Below, one piece after another: positions 29,145 to 38,535 of a DNA stretch of 64,000 nucleotides. Each line of letters opens with the position of its first letter. Within the stretch, counting starts at the first letter, position 1. Position numbers and translations under genes: made by a program. Source of the DNA: Candidatus Nomurabacteria bacterium. Its GTDB lineage: Bacteria; Patescibacteriota; Minisyncoccia; Phycocordibacterales; JACOZG01. Below the pieces are notes generated by a model. That model saw only the letters and a list, made by a program, of their open reading frames with translations. It was not told the DNA's origin and searched no databases. The DNA lies in the NCBI GenBank assembly GCA_020847275.1, contig JADLCI010000007.1:108272-172271 (forward strand), written 5' to 3'.

Positions 29145-29595
29145 ATAGTAAAATTTCGTCGACGGCCGCTTTCACATCTGCGCCGTCAGCCTTACCCTTC
29201 AGGTCTTTCATTAGGGCGTTCATTAGTTTACCGGCATCAGCTCTACCTGTAATAGCCAATTCAGTTTTCTTAGCCTCGGCAAGTTTCTTTATCTCATCGC
29301 GACCCATTAGTTGAGGGAGGTAAACTTCAATGAACTTTAATTCGGCCTTCTCACTTTCGGCCAGATCTGAACGACCGCCAGTCTCAAATTGAGAGATTGA
29401 GTCCTTGCGTTTCTTGGCTTCGCGACGGATGACGGCAAGTGCCGATTCATCGTCTAGCATTTCATCTGGTCTTTTCTTCTGGGACACCAGTTCATTGGTG
29501 AAGGCGGAGAGCAGACCTCTGATTACCCCAAGACGGACTGCTTCTTTGGCTAGCATCGCCTGCTTCATTTCTGATTTTATATTTTCGTGTAACAT
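29143..29595 (-). CDS. GatB/YqeY-domain protein; start taken at MLHENIKS
   Basis: YqeY-like helical domain (LSAFTNELVSQKK...DLAESEKAELKFIEVYLP). Confidence 0.65.
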   Translation of the reverse strand: MLHENIKSEMKQAMLAKEAVRLGVIRGLLSAFTNELVSQKKRPDEMLDDESALAVIRREAKKRKDSISQFETGGRSDLAESEKAELKFIEVYLPQLMGRDEIKKLAEAKKTELAITGRADAGKLMNALMKDLKGKADGADVKAAVDEILL

Positions 29596-29631
29596 AATCA
29601 CTAGTCTAGCAGATTTGCTATAATCCAATCA

Positions 29632-32394
29632 ATGACAAGTCGAGGCGACAAATTTGGACAGCTATATGACCAGCTCAACGAGGCCCAACAAGAGGCGGTG
29701 GACACGATTGAGGGGCCGGTCATGGTTGTGGCTGGGCCAGGTACAGGCAAGACCCAGGTGCTTACCCTCCGTATTGCCAACATTTTGCGGGAGACCGATA
29801 CACCGCCGGATGGAATTCTCGCCCTCACATTTACGCAATCTGGGGTTCATGCTATGCGAGAGCGTTTGGTGGAGATTGTGGGCGCCCGCGGGTATCGAGT
29901 GAACATCAACACTTTCCACGGCTTTTGTAATGAAGTTATCCAACGTTACCCAGAAGAGTTCCCACGTATTATCGGTTCGCGAAGTATTACGGACGTAGAG
30001 CAGATTAAGATCTTGGAAGGAATTATTCAGGATCCCAAGATTCGCTTGGAAGTTTTGAAACCCTACGGGGCACCGTTTTATTATTTGCCAGCTGCGCGGA
30101 GTGCGATTGAGAAATTGAAAAAGGATAACCTGAAGAAGTCAGATCATCCAGAATTGGATCTGATTTACCGTGAGTATGAGAAAGCTTTGCGGAAGGGCCA
30201 GTTATATGATTTCGCCGATATGATTATGGAGGTGATTGCCATCCTGCAGAAAAAGAAAATTTTTCTTCGGAAATTGCAAGAAGAATATTTGTATCTTCTG
30301 GCGGATGAGCATCAGGATGCTAATCGTTCGCAGAATGAATTGCTCGCCCTCCTGTCTAATTTTCATCAGAACCCCAATTTATTCATCGTGGGCGATGAGA
30401 AGCAGGCGATTTTCCAATTTCAGGGAGCCAGTCTAGACAACTTTAATTATTTTAAAAAATTATACCCGCAAGCGAAACTTATCTCCCTGACACACAGCTA
30501 TCGTTCGCACCAGATCATTTTAGATGCAGCGCACAGCTTGATTGATTCTGGTAAATTGTTGGCGGGAAGAAAGTTGGCGCCAGAGAAGATCAGAATTATC
30601 TCTTGCGTTAATAATTCAGCCGAGCAACAGTTTATCGCCCGAGAAATAAAGGCCAGATTAAAGGGGGGAATCTCTCCAGACGAGATTGCTGTTATCTATC
30701 GTGATAATGCTGATGCGGGCCCAATTGTGGAGGCGCTGGAGCGATCTCTTGTTCCCTTCGTCATTCACTCCCAATCGGATTTATTAGCGGACGCAACGGT
30801 GGGAAAGGTAATCCTTATTCTAGAGGCGGTTCATCACTTTGGCCGGAATGAGTATTTAACCCCGTTTCTTCACTTGGATTTTCTTAACCTAGACAGTTTG
30901 GCGGTTTACCAGACCAAAACTTATGACGATTTTAAAAAAGCGAAAGGTGAGCTGGGAAATATCTATCAGAAGTTAGAAAAATGGTATCGATTTGGTCACA
31001 ACCAGAATCTGACCGATTTGTTTGGCCTGATTCTTGAGGAGACGGGGTTGCTGGAATATCTCTTGCGCGAGCCACAGGCGGAGGAGAAATTGTCCAAGTT
31101 GCAGAGTTTCTACGAGGAACTGAAAGAATTATCAAGTAGTCATCCTCAGTTTCGGCTAGCCGACTTTATTGATTATCTAGAAACGCTACGCCGACATAAT
31201 TTAGGTTTACTACAAACAGTTCCATCTCAACGGAGTGGGGTGCGTTTACTAACCGCTCATCGGGCAAAGGGGTTGGAATTTGACGAGGTTTATATTATCG
31301 GGGCGGCGGACGGACATTTTGGTAATCGTCGGGCCAGGACGACTCTCGATCGAGAAAAAGAGAACGATGACAATAGTGAAAGGCGACTCTTCTACGTGGC
31401 GCTTACGCGGGCCAGGAAAAAGGTCACAATCACTTACGCGAAACAGGGTAGCGGCGGTAAACCAAAATTGCCAAGCCAGTTTGTGGAGGAGATTGATAAA
31501 GCTCTGGTGGAGAGAATAGATTTGGAGCCAGAGAAGATAAAACCAGAAGAAGTCCTGCGCCCAAAGCCGATTGCTAAATCATCTCTGGGAGAAAAAGCCT
31601 ATCTAAATAAAATATTTTTAGAGCGCGGATTGTCCGTGACGGATCTCAACAATTACCTCTCTTGCCCGTTGAAATATTTTTACCAGAATCTGTTGCGACT
31701 GACCCAAGTGCAAGAGAAGCATCAACTCTACGGTACGGCGGTGCATCAAACACTGAAGGAATTCTTCGACCAATATCGGGAAGGTAAGAAGTGGCCAGGG
31801 GTGAAATTGTTTACCAGATTTAAGTATCACCTTTCTCGCCAGGCATTCTCACCGAATGATCTGGAAGCTAGTTTGGAAAAAGGGGAGAAGGCGCTTGCTG
31901 GTTATCTTAAATTCTATAAATATCGTTGGCCGAATCGGATTCTTAATGAATTCAGTGTGCGAGGAATTTTTCTCAATGAAAAAATAAAATTGAATGGCAA
32001 AATAGACAAATTAGAGATTAGTGAAAGTGGTGAGACGCGCGTGGTGGATTACAAAACGGGCAAACCGAAAACTCGCAACCACATCATTGGTCTCACGAAA
32101 TCGGCTGGCAGTGGCGACTATTTTCGTCAACTGGTCTTCTATAAGATTCTTCTAGAAAACCTGGACCGCCAGAAATATCACGTTACCTCCGGTCTAGTGG
32201 ATTTCATCGAACCTGATGATAAAGAGAGATACAAACAGGAGGAGTTCGCGCTCAACGATTCAGATGTGGTGGGACTCTCGGAACAGATCAAACAAGTGGC
32301 GGAGGAGATTCTAAGTTTAGAATTCTTGGATAAGGGTTGTGGGAAAAAAGATTGCGAATGGTGTCGCCTAAGGCAACTGACGAAAGGGTCTTGA
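29632..32394 (+). CDS. UvrD/PcrA-family helicase fused to a C-terminal PD-(D/E)xK (Cas4/AddB-like) nuclease with a 4-Cys cluster
   Basis: Walker A AGPGTGKTQV and helicase motifs. C-terminal NYLSCPL...DYKTGKP...CGKKDCEWC. Confidence 0.75.
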   Translation: MTSRGDKFGQLYDQLNEAQQEAVDTIEGPVMVVAGPGTGKTQVLTLRIANILRETDTPPDGILALTFTQSGVHAMRERLVEIVGARGYRVNINTFHGFCNEVIQRYPEEFPRIIGSRSITDVEQIKILEGIIQDPKIRLEVLKPYGAPFYYLPAARSAIEKLKKDNLKKSDHPELDLIYREYEKALRKGQLYDFADMIMEVIAILQKKKIFLRKLQEEYLYLLADEHQDANRSQNELLALLSNFHQNPNLFIVGDEKQAIFQFQGASLDNFNYFKKLYPQAKLISLTHSYRSHQIILDAAHSLIDSGKLLAGRKLAPEKIRIISCVNNSAEQQFIAREIKARLKGGISPDEIAVIYRDNADAGPIVEALERSLVPFVIHSQSDLLADATVGKVILILEAVHHFGRNEYLTPFLHLDFLNLDSLAVYQTKTYDDFKKAKGELGNIYQKLEKWYRFGHNQNLTDLFGLILEETGLLEYLLREPQAEEKLSKLQSFYEELKELSSSHPQFRLADFIDYLETLRRHNLGLLQTVPSQRSGVRLLTAHRAKGLEFDEVYIIGAADGHFGNRRARTTLDREKENDDNSERRLFYVALTRARKKVTITYAKQGSGGKPKLPSQFVEEIDKALVERIDLEPEKIKPEEVLRPKPIAKSSLGEKAYLNKIFLERGLSVTDLNNYLSCPLKYFYQNLLRLTQVQEKHQLYGTAVHQTLKEFFDQYREGKKWPGVKLFTRFKYHLSRQAFSPNDLEASLEKGEKALAGYLKFYKYRWPNRILNEFSVRGIFLNEKIKLNGKIDKLEISESGETRVVDYKTGKPKTRNHIIGLTKSAGSGDYFRQLVFYKILLENLDRQKYHVTSGLVDFIEPDDKERYKQEEFALNDSDVVGLSEQIKQVAEEILSLEFLDKGCGKKDCEWCRLRQLTKGS

Positions 32395-32453
32395 CAAACA
32401 GTTCTCACTATGCTAGATTCTAGCCAGTAGTTCTTTTACACCTAACTTGCAAT

Positions 32454-32505
32454 GTGGTCATAGCCAAAAGGTGCTTATTTCTAGGCATTTTCTGGCTATG
32501 ACCAC
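32454..32505 (+). promoter_or_regulatory. Perfect 13-bp inverted repeat (gtggtcatagcca / tggctatgaccac) with a 26-nt loop, upstream of the GC-rich gene
   Basis: Read directly from the sequence. No T-run follows, so it is not a canonical terminator. Confidence 0.5.
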
Positions 32506-32562
32506 TACGGTCCATGGTGCCTCCTCGGCGTAGAGGGAAATTAAATACGAAAGGATGACACT

Positions 32563-33165
32563 ATGGCAACAACATTGGTATCAGAAATGTCGCTCGAGGA
32601 GATGTGTAGACAGTTGCTTTCTGTGGCGGTTCGTGATGGCTTGGTGAGCACCAGAGACGGAGTGGTGCCGACAGATCTCTCGTGTGGTGACTTGGTCGGC
32701 ATGGCCAACTACCTTTCCGTGCTGTTCACCGCGAACCTCACTGTCCGCAAGGTCAAAGTGAACCGCAACCGCTCTCCGCAAGAGGCGATCGAAGCCACTG
32801 GCCGCACGCAATACACGGACCGCCAGGTCGTGAATGCGATGCCGAAAGGTGAAGGCGATGAAGCCGAGATCGTGTTCTTCAAACCTGACCTCTCGGAGCG
32901 CAACAGTTTCATCTCCGATGACGACCTAGAAAAAGAGTTCGAGCTGCGTGGCCTCAAGCCCGCTGACCCAGTCTCTGTCGCCGCCGTGAATGAAGCCGAC
33001 CCTGCCTTTGCTGACCAGGTGCCTCACGGCACTCACTGGAAAGATGACAAGGGCAACTGGTGTCACGTCACGTTCCACCTTTGGTTCGACGAGCGCGAGG
33101 TGTGCGTCGGCCGCGGATACGGCGGCTGGCACGATGATGCGTATTTCGCCGGTGTTCGCAAGTAG
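32563..33165 (+). CDS. Hypothetical protein (200 aa), compositionally foreign at about 57% GC
   Basis: Codons are strongly G/C-ending, unlike the neighbours. Tail rich in His/Trp/Cys (HGTHWKDDKGNWCHVTFHLWFDEREVCVGRGYGGWHDD). An AAAGGA SD precedes the start. Confidence 0.5.
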   Translation: MATTLVSEMSLEEMCRQLLSVAVRDGLVSTRDGVVPTDLSCGDLVGMANYLSVLFTANLTVRKVKVNRNRSPQEAIEATGRTQYTDRQVVNAMPKGEGDEAEIVFFKPDLSERNSFISDDDLEKEFELRGLKPADPVSVAAVNEADPAFADQVPHGTHWKDDKGNWCHVTFHLWFDEREVCVGRGYGGWHDDAYFAGVRK

Positions 33166-33226
33166 TTTGCCGCCATTCCTTAGCTCTGTTCCGATTCGTC
33201 GGAGCGGGGCTTTTTTGTTCTAAAAA

Positions 33227-34402
33227 CTATCTCGTGTCTCTAAGACCAGAAGCGACGGGTAAGCCGATGATGAGGAATAAACCAAGGAAAGTGAAGAGAT
33301 AAGAAAGGGGAAGAAAAGAGAGGAAAATGCTCGCAATAATCGGCGCGAAGATGTAGGCAATTGGGTACATACTGCGGGAGATGAAGACAAGGTTAGCGTC
33401 GCGACCGTCGATAATCTTGAAGAGGTAAGTCTCTTTCATTGCTTCAACCGTCGCCGCACCGATGCGCGAGAAGAAGAGGACACTGGCCCAGATTACCACA
33501 CTGGCACTCGAAATCTGGGTGATAATCAGGCAAGCGATGATTATTATCGTCAGGCCGGCGAGAAGAAGTTCCCGCTCGCCCCACCAGAGATCGGCGATTC
33601 TGCCGAGCGGGAAATCTAGTAGCACGAAAGGGATGAGCATAATGGTGAAGATGACACCAATTTGGGTCCAAGCGAGACCAATGTGTTGGTGGAGATAGAT
33701 TGGCATGTAGATAACCATCATCGCAGAAAAGAAATTAAGTAGGAGATCTATTGTCATGATTCGTCGAAGATCGGGGTTATTTGATGCGAAAACTCGCCCT
33801 AGGCCACTAGCTAAGCTTAGATTCTCCCCACCTCTTTTTACCACCTCCTTCAGCTGGCGAACGGAAATGTAGATAAAGGGAAGTAGGGCGGTGGCGGCAA
33901 TGGTGTAGACCAAGGAGAAATCAGAACCAGACGTGAGACGACTGGCCAAAAAAGGGGAGATGAGCCAGGCTAGATTATTGACGGTCAGGAAAACACCACG
34001 AATCCGCCCAGTAATCTGATTGTCGGACAGCTCCTCCAGATAGATGTCTAGATTGATGGCGGTAAGGAAAGAGAGGACGATATAGGCCACGACCAACCAA
34101 ATACCGGAATAGTGGCCATTGCCGAGTGCCAGATTACCCAGAACAAGGAAATTGGTGACACCCAGAAAAATAATTGATCGACGATTACCGAAGCGACGAA
34201 ACAGGCGTAGCCCTTGCCATGAGGCGAGAAGTGAAATCGCGGCCGCGAACGAGTAGAGGAGTCCAACCCGTTGCTCGCCCACGAACTGGGAGATGAATGA
34301 GGAGTTGATGTAAGCTCCTATCGCCGTGGAGAAAGACAGGAAGAAACCAGCACCGTAGGCCAATAACCGTAATCGATGTTTCTCTGCTGGGGAATGGTTC
34401 AT
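33227..34402 (-). CDS. MFS transporter
   Basis: Twelve predicted TM helices. MFS loop motif (GRLADRFGRR-like: LRLFRRFGNRRS). Confidence 0.7.
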   Translation of the reverse strand: MNHSPAEKHRLRLLAYGAGFFLSFSTAIGAYINSSFISQFVGEQRVGLLYSFAAAISLLASWQGLRLFRRFGNRRSIIFLGVTNFLVLGNLALGNGHYSGIWLVVAYIVLSFLTAINLDIYLEELSDNQITGRIRGVFLTVNNLAWLISPFLASRLTSGSDFSLVYTIAATALLPFIYISVRQLKEVVKRGGENLSLASGLGRVFASNNPDLRRIMTIDLLLNFFSAMMVIYMPIYLHQHIGLAWTQIGVIFTIMLIPFVLLDFPLGRIADLWWGERELLLAGLTIIIIACLIITQISSASVVIWASVLFFSRIGAATVEAMKETYLFKIIDGRDANLVFISRSMYPIAYIFAPIIASIFLSFLPLSYLFTFLGLFLIIGLPVASGLRDTR

Positions 34403-34413
34403 TTTTTAATCTC

Positions 34414-36168
34414 TTAGACCTCGATCAACACGGGCAAGATAATTGGACGGTGGTGCGTTTTCTGGAAAAGGTAACGACCGACTTCTTCACGGATTACATT
34501 CTTAACATAATCAAAGTTTATCGGATGCATCGCCGCCGTGGATTCCTCGATTTTTTTCTTTGCGAGGGAGCGGGCATGATGGAGCAATTCTTGCGAATCT
34601 TTCAGATAAACGAAGCCGCGCGAGATAATATCTGGCGATTTACGGACACGGCCTGTCCGGGCATCCACGATGGCCACAATTACGAACATTCCTTCCTGCG
34701 ACAGCATTTGTCGATCACGGATGACGACTTCTTCGACATTATTTTGACCAAGGCCATCTACCATTACCACGCGGTTGGAGACACCTTCTTTTAGTATCTG
34801 GATTTTCTGTCCCTTGTCGGTAATCTCAATCACACTGCCATTATCAGGAACGATGATGTTTTTCTCCGGCATGCCAAGCTCTAGAGCCAAGTCTTCATGT
34901 TGGCGAAGCTTGTGGTGGGAACCGTGGATTGGTATGAAAAATTTCGGTTTGATTTTTTTGTGCAGCCATTCAATCTCGCCACGATTACCATGGCCGGAAG
35001 AGTGGATGTATACATCCGAGGTGCGGTAACTGATAATCTTGGCGCCTTGTCGGGCAATATTGTCTTTCAGTTTCTGTACGGCGATTTCGTTTCCGGGAAC
35101 AATAGAAGAGGAGAGTAAGACGGTGTCGCCCTTCTTGAAACGGAGATATTTGTGAGTTTTATTGGCCATGCGCATTAAGGCCGCGAATTCTTCTCCTTGA
35201 GCGCCTGTCGCAAGCACAACCACCTTATCTTCAGGGTACTTACTCGCATCTTGCATCGAGATGACGGTATCTTTCTTCAGTTTCCAGAGCCCGGCCAGTT
35301 GGGAGATTTCCATGTTGGTCTTCATACTTCTTCCCTCAATCACTAATTTTCGACCATATTTTTCTACAATCTCCACAATCTTAATCATTCGTTCTAGCTG
35401 GGAAGCGAAAGTACCGATGAAAAGACGCCCCTTGATACTTTTGATGATTTCCTCAAGGTTTTTATGAGTTTCGCGTTCGGGGACGGAGAAACCGGGATTT
35501 TCAATATTGGTGGAGTCGGCCAGGAGCAAAAGAGTTTTTTCTTTCTCAAAGATGCCGTAGCGCTTTTCTTCTTCGTTCGTTGGTTTACCATCGACTCCGT
35601 CCAGATCTAATTTGTAATCACCCGGATTAACGATTAGGCCGTAGGGTGTTTCTATGATTATCCCGAAAGAATCCGGAATAGTATGCGTGACACCGAAGAA
35701 CCGGACGGTAATCTCGCCCAACTTAATCTTGCTTTCGTTTTCCACTACCCGCATATCAAGCGGTGGAAGGTGGGGGAATTCATCCATTCGTTTTTTAATA
35801 AACAGGGAGGTCAAATTGCGGGTATAGAGCGGTGGATTACCGATTCGGCCCATTATGTAAGGAATCCCGCCGGTGTGATCGAGGTGTCCGTGGGTGATCA
35901 CTACCCCCCGAACTTTCTCTTTATTTTTTTCAAGATAGGTGACATCGGGGATAATGTAGTCAACCCCCGGCATTTCTTCGGTGGGGAAAGCGAAGCCGAT
36001 GTCGATCACGACGATGTCGTTTCCCATTTCGATGGCGGTCATGTTTTTCCCGATTTCTTCCACGCCGCCCAGTGGGATTATCCGAATATTTCCCTCAGCA
36101 AGTGGGGGTACAGTTTTCTCTGCTGATGTGGCTCGAGGCGCTCTCCTCATTCTTGGTGGTGGTTTCAT
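34414..36168 (-). CDS. rnj: Ribonuclease J (metallo-beta-lactamase / beta-CASP)
   Basis: HxHxDH (VITHGHLDHTGG). Beta-CASP motifs. About 580 aa. Confidence 0.85.
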   Translation of the reverse strand: MKPPPRMRRAPRATSAEKTVPPLAEGNIRIIPLGGVEEIGKNMTAIEMGNDIVVIDIGFAFPTEEMPGVDYIIPDVTYLEKNKEKVRGVVITHGHLDHTGGIPYIMGRIGNPPLYTRNLTSLFIKKRMDEFPHLPPLDMRVVENESKIKLGEITVRFFGVTHTIPDSFGIIIETPYGLIVNPGDYKLDLDGVDGKPTNEEEKRYGIFEKEKTLLLLADSTNIENPGFSVPERETHKNLEEIIKSIKGRLFIGTFASQLERMIKIVEIVEKYGRKLVIEGRSMKTNMEISQLAGLWKLKKDTVISMQDASKYPEDKVVVLATGAQGEEFAALMRMANKTHKYLRFKKGDTVLLSSSIVPGNEIAVQKLKDNIARQGAKIISYRTSDVYIHSSGHGNRGEIEWLHKKIKPKFFIPIHGSHHKLRQHEDLALELGMPEKNIIVPDNGSVIEITDKGQKIQILKEGVSNRVVMVDGLGQNNVEEVVIRDRQMLSQEGMFVIVAIVDARTGRVRKSPDIISRGFVYLKDSQELLHHARSLAKKKIEESTAAMHPINFDYVKNVIREEVGRYLFQKTHHRPIILPVLIEV

Positions 36169-36198
36169 ATATTTAATTATTCAATTTATTTTAATTTT

Positions 36199-37896
36199 TT
36201 AAATCTGATTATTTTTATTCGCAAAAATTGGCCAAACCCTATCGGTTTTAATATGCCAGCGATAGATATTTAGAAATCTATCTGCCGCCGTATTAATTGT
36301 TGGAAAGGTTACGTTTTTTATCTCGGTCGGTAAAAGATAGAGAAATTCCGGGGCGTAGACGAAAATTGCTGGTGTGTCAGACGATACGGTGTCATTAAAT
36401 TTCTGGTAAAGGGAGGCGATTTTCTCCTGGTCACTTGACCGTCGTACCTCCTCCAGGATTTTATCTGTCGCGCTATTTGTGTACAATGCGATGTTTAATC
36501 CCGGGTCTAGCCTTTGTGAAGAATGCCAGAAGGCGAAGGTGTCCATATTGCGTCCCAGAATTTCTCCGAAAAAGAGGGCTTCATACTGTCGTGGACGGAT
36601 TACATTCTGATTCAAGTCGCCGATTTCAAAAATTTTCAAATCTACCGCCACCCCTAGTTGTTTCCAAGTGTCGCGAATAATTTCCGCCGCTTTCTTCAGC
36701 TCCGGGGTGTCAGAGGTCGTCAGTGTAAATGAGAGGGTGAGGGTTTCTTTCTTTGTTTTTTTCTCCCAAGTTGTGCTCGTCTCATTAAACTCCCAGCCGC
36801 CATTCTCTAGAATGGCACGAGCTTCGCTAATACTTGAGGTTGACATCGAAGAAGAAAAATTTGGCAGGGGCCCGGTAATTGGCTGACCGTAACCGGAAAG
36901 CGCGCCGTCAATAACCACACTACGATCAAGGGAGAGATTAAGTGCCTTGCGCACTTCGGGATTCGCCAGAACTGGAGCACGGCTTTGGTTCAAGAATACA
37001 CCAAAAACCCGGGGGAGAGGTGAGCGTAGCACGCGAGATCCCAGCGCCTCTAATGCCTTGGCGCTCTCGGCTGAAATGAGGCTCGCAGATGTAATTTTGC
37101 CTTGACGGTAGGCATTCATTAATTCCGTTTCGTTTGGGTAGAAAAACAAACGCAGGTTACTGATCTTTGCTTTCCCGAGCGCAAAATTTTCGAATGGTAC
37201 GAAATCGTAATACTCAGGAATTCCAAGAGCGTCCTTCTTAATATTTTTTACTTTGTAGGGGCCAGAACCAATACCCTCGATATTGAATTGGTTGAGGGCG
37301 AACACCTCTGGGTCTAGACGACCCCAGATGTGCTTAGGCAGAATTCCCATTGTGGCGTTATCCAGAAATGGTGGGTAGGGTTGTTTGAGGTGGAAGCGGA
37401 TTATCTTATCATCAACCCTCTCAATCCTTACTCCCTCCCATGAGGCACGCTTAACACTCTTTATAATTGGGTTTAGGGTGCTTGTGATTGTGAACTCAAC
37501 ATCCGCGGTGTTCAGTGGCGCACCATCGTGCCAGGTTAGGTTGTCTTTCAAGGTGAAAGTGTAGGTAAGTCCGTCTTCGGAAACTTCAACTTTTTCTGCC
37601 AGATCTGGTTCTGGCTTATTTTTCTCATTTACTCGCATCAATCCAGAATAGACAAGAGTGGAGAGGTCTCGATCAGCGTCCGAGATTGCCAGAAGTGGAT
37701 TGATAAAGCGCGGTGATCCAATGATGCCCTCACTGAGACTGCCACCGGGAGCAGCAACGGTAATAGAGAAAATCTGGTTGATTCCGCCCAAGAGCCAAAG
37801 CGTCCCGACAACACCGACGAGCGCAAGAGTGATAAAGAGTCGCCACTGGCGTCGCGAGAGCGAACGAAGGGCAAGGATAATCTTCTGACTAGACAC
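36199..37896 (-). CDS. ABC transporter substrate-binding protein, family 5 (oligopeptide/nickel type), membrane-anchored
   Basis: SBP_bac_5-like length and motifs. N-terminal TM anchor. No adjacent permease or ATPase. Confidence 0.7.
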   Translation of the reverse strand: MSSQKIILALRSLSRRQWRLFITLALVGVVGTLWLLGGINQIFSITVAAPGGSLSEGIIGSPRFINPLLAISDADRDLSTLVYSGLMRVNEKNKPEPDLAEKVEVSEDGLTYTFTLKDNLTWHDGAPLNTADVEFTITSTLNPIIKSVKRASWEGVRIERVDDKIIRFHLKQPYPPFLDNATMGILPKHIWGRLDPEVFALNQFNIEGIGSGPYKVKNIKKDALGIPEYYDFVPFENFALGKAKISNLRLFFYPNETELMNAYRQGKITSASLISAESAKALEALGSRVLRSPLPRVFGVFLNQSRAPVLANPEVRKALNLSLDRSVVIDGALSGYGQPITGPLPNFSSSMSTSSISEARAILENGGWEFNETSTTWEKKTKKETLTLSFTLTTSDTPELKKAAEIIRDTWKQLGVAVDLKIFEIGDLNQNVIRPRQYEALFFGEILGRNMDTFAFWHSSQRLDPGLNIALYTNSATDKILEEVRRSSDQEKIASLYQKFNDTVSSDTPAIFVYAPEFLYLLPTEIKNVTFPTINTAADRFLNIYRWHIKTDRVWPIFANKNNQI

Positions 37897-37904
37897 GGGT
37901 TTAT

Positions 37905-38135
37905 TTAGAGGAAAAGATTGAGAATGTTCGCAATAATAAATAGTCCCGCCAAGATAATCGTGCCCAGGAACAGGGTTTTTTCAAAACCGCGTTTAGCATG
38001 GAAGACGCCGCCAGAATTGCCGCCACCAAAAGCGCTTCCAAGACCCTCGCTGGATTGTTGCAGAAGGATTGCCACGACCAGAAGCACGGCCAGCGCAACC
38101 TGCAACCAGGGCAAGATATTAGCGAAGAATAACAT
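37905..38135 (-). CDS. secG: Preprotein translocase subunit SecG; start at the internal MLFFANILPW
   Basis: 76 aa, two TM helices with a Gly-rich loop (LLQQSSEGLGSAFGGGNSGGVF). The longer track ORF (to 38396) has no support. Confidence 0.7.
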   Translation of the reverse strand: MLFFANILPWLQVALAVLLVVAILLQQSSEGLGSAFGGGNSGGVFHAKRGFEKTLFLGTIILAGLFIIANILNLFL

Positions 38136-38189
38136 TAGCAGTGAGTATAGCAGAAGATAAAAATAGAGCAAGTGATCCTTAATATTATC

Positions 38190-38226
38190 TTGACTCGGCT
38201 TTTTTCCCGAGTATAATGTCGGCACT
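38190..38226 (+). promoter_or_regulatory. Near-consensus sigma70 promoter for groES-groEL with an almost leaderless start; no CIRCE operator
   Basis: TTGACT (38190-38195), 16 nt, TATAAT (38212-38217). The groES ATG at 38227 lies only ~10 nt after the -10. No TTAGCACTC-N9-GAGTGCTAA element was found. Confidence 0.55.
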
Positions 38227-38526
38227 ATGAGTAACAAAATAAAACCTTTGGGTGATAGAGTGCTAGTTGAGTTGATTGATGATTCAACTAAGAAGACAAA
38301 ATCGGGAATTATTACCCCAGACACCGTAAATAAAGAAAGGGGTGAACAGGGGAAGGTGGTGGCAGTGGGAGAGGGGCGCCGCACGGACGATGGCAAACTG
38401 ATTCCCGTTGCGGTAAAAAAGGGCCAGCAAATAATTTTTTCTAAATATGGCCCGGACGAGGTAAAGATTGACGGTAAAGAGTACTACATTATTAGCGAGT
38501 CCAACATTTTAGCGATAGTTGAGTAA
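38227..38526 (+). CDS. groES: Co-chaperonin GroES
   Basis: MSNKIKPLGDRVLVE start. 99 aa. Confidence 0.95.
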   Translation: MSNKIKPLGDRVLVELIDDSTKKTKSGIITPDTVNKERGEQGKVVAVGEGRRTDDGKLIPVAVKKGQQIIFSKYGPDEVKIDGKEYYIISESNILAIVE

Positions 38527-38535
38527 ATAACAATT

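Noticed and set aside
38131-38226. CIRCE (HrcA operator) upstream of groES
   Set aside because: TTAGCAGTGAG at 38131 resembles the CIRCE left half. No complementary GAGTGCTAA right half is present, and the segment lies inside secG coding sequence.
37905-38396. 163-aa minus-strand ORF spanning secG and upstream
   Set aside because: Only the last 76 aa match SecG. The upstream extension runs through the groES promoter region and has no support.
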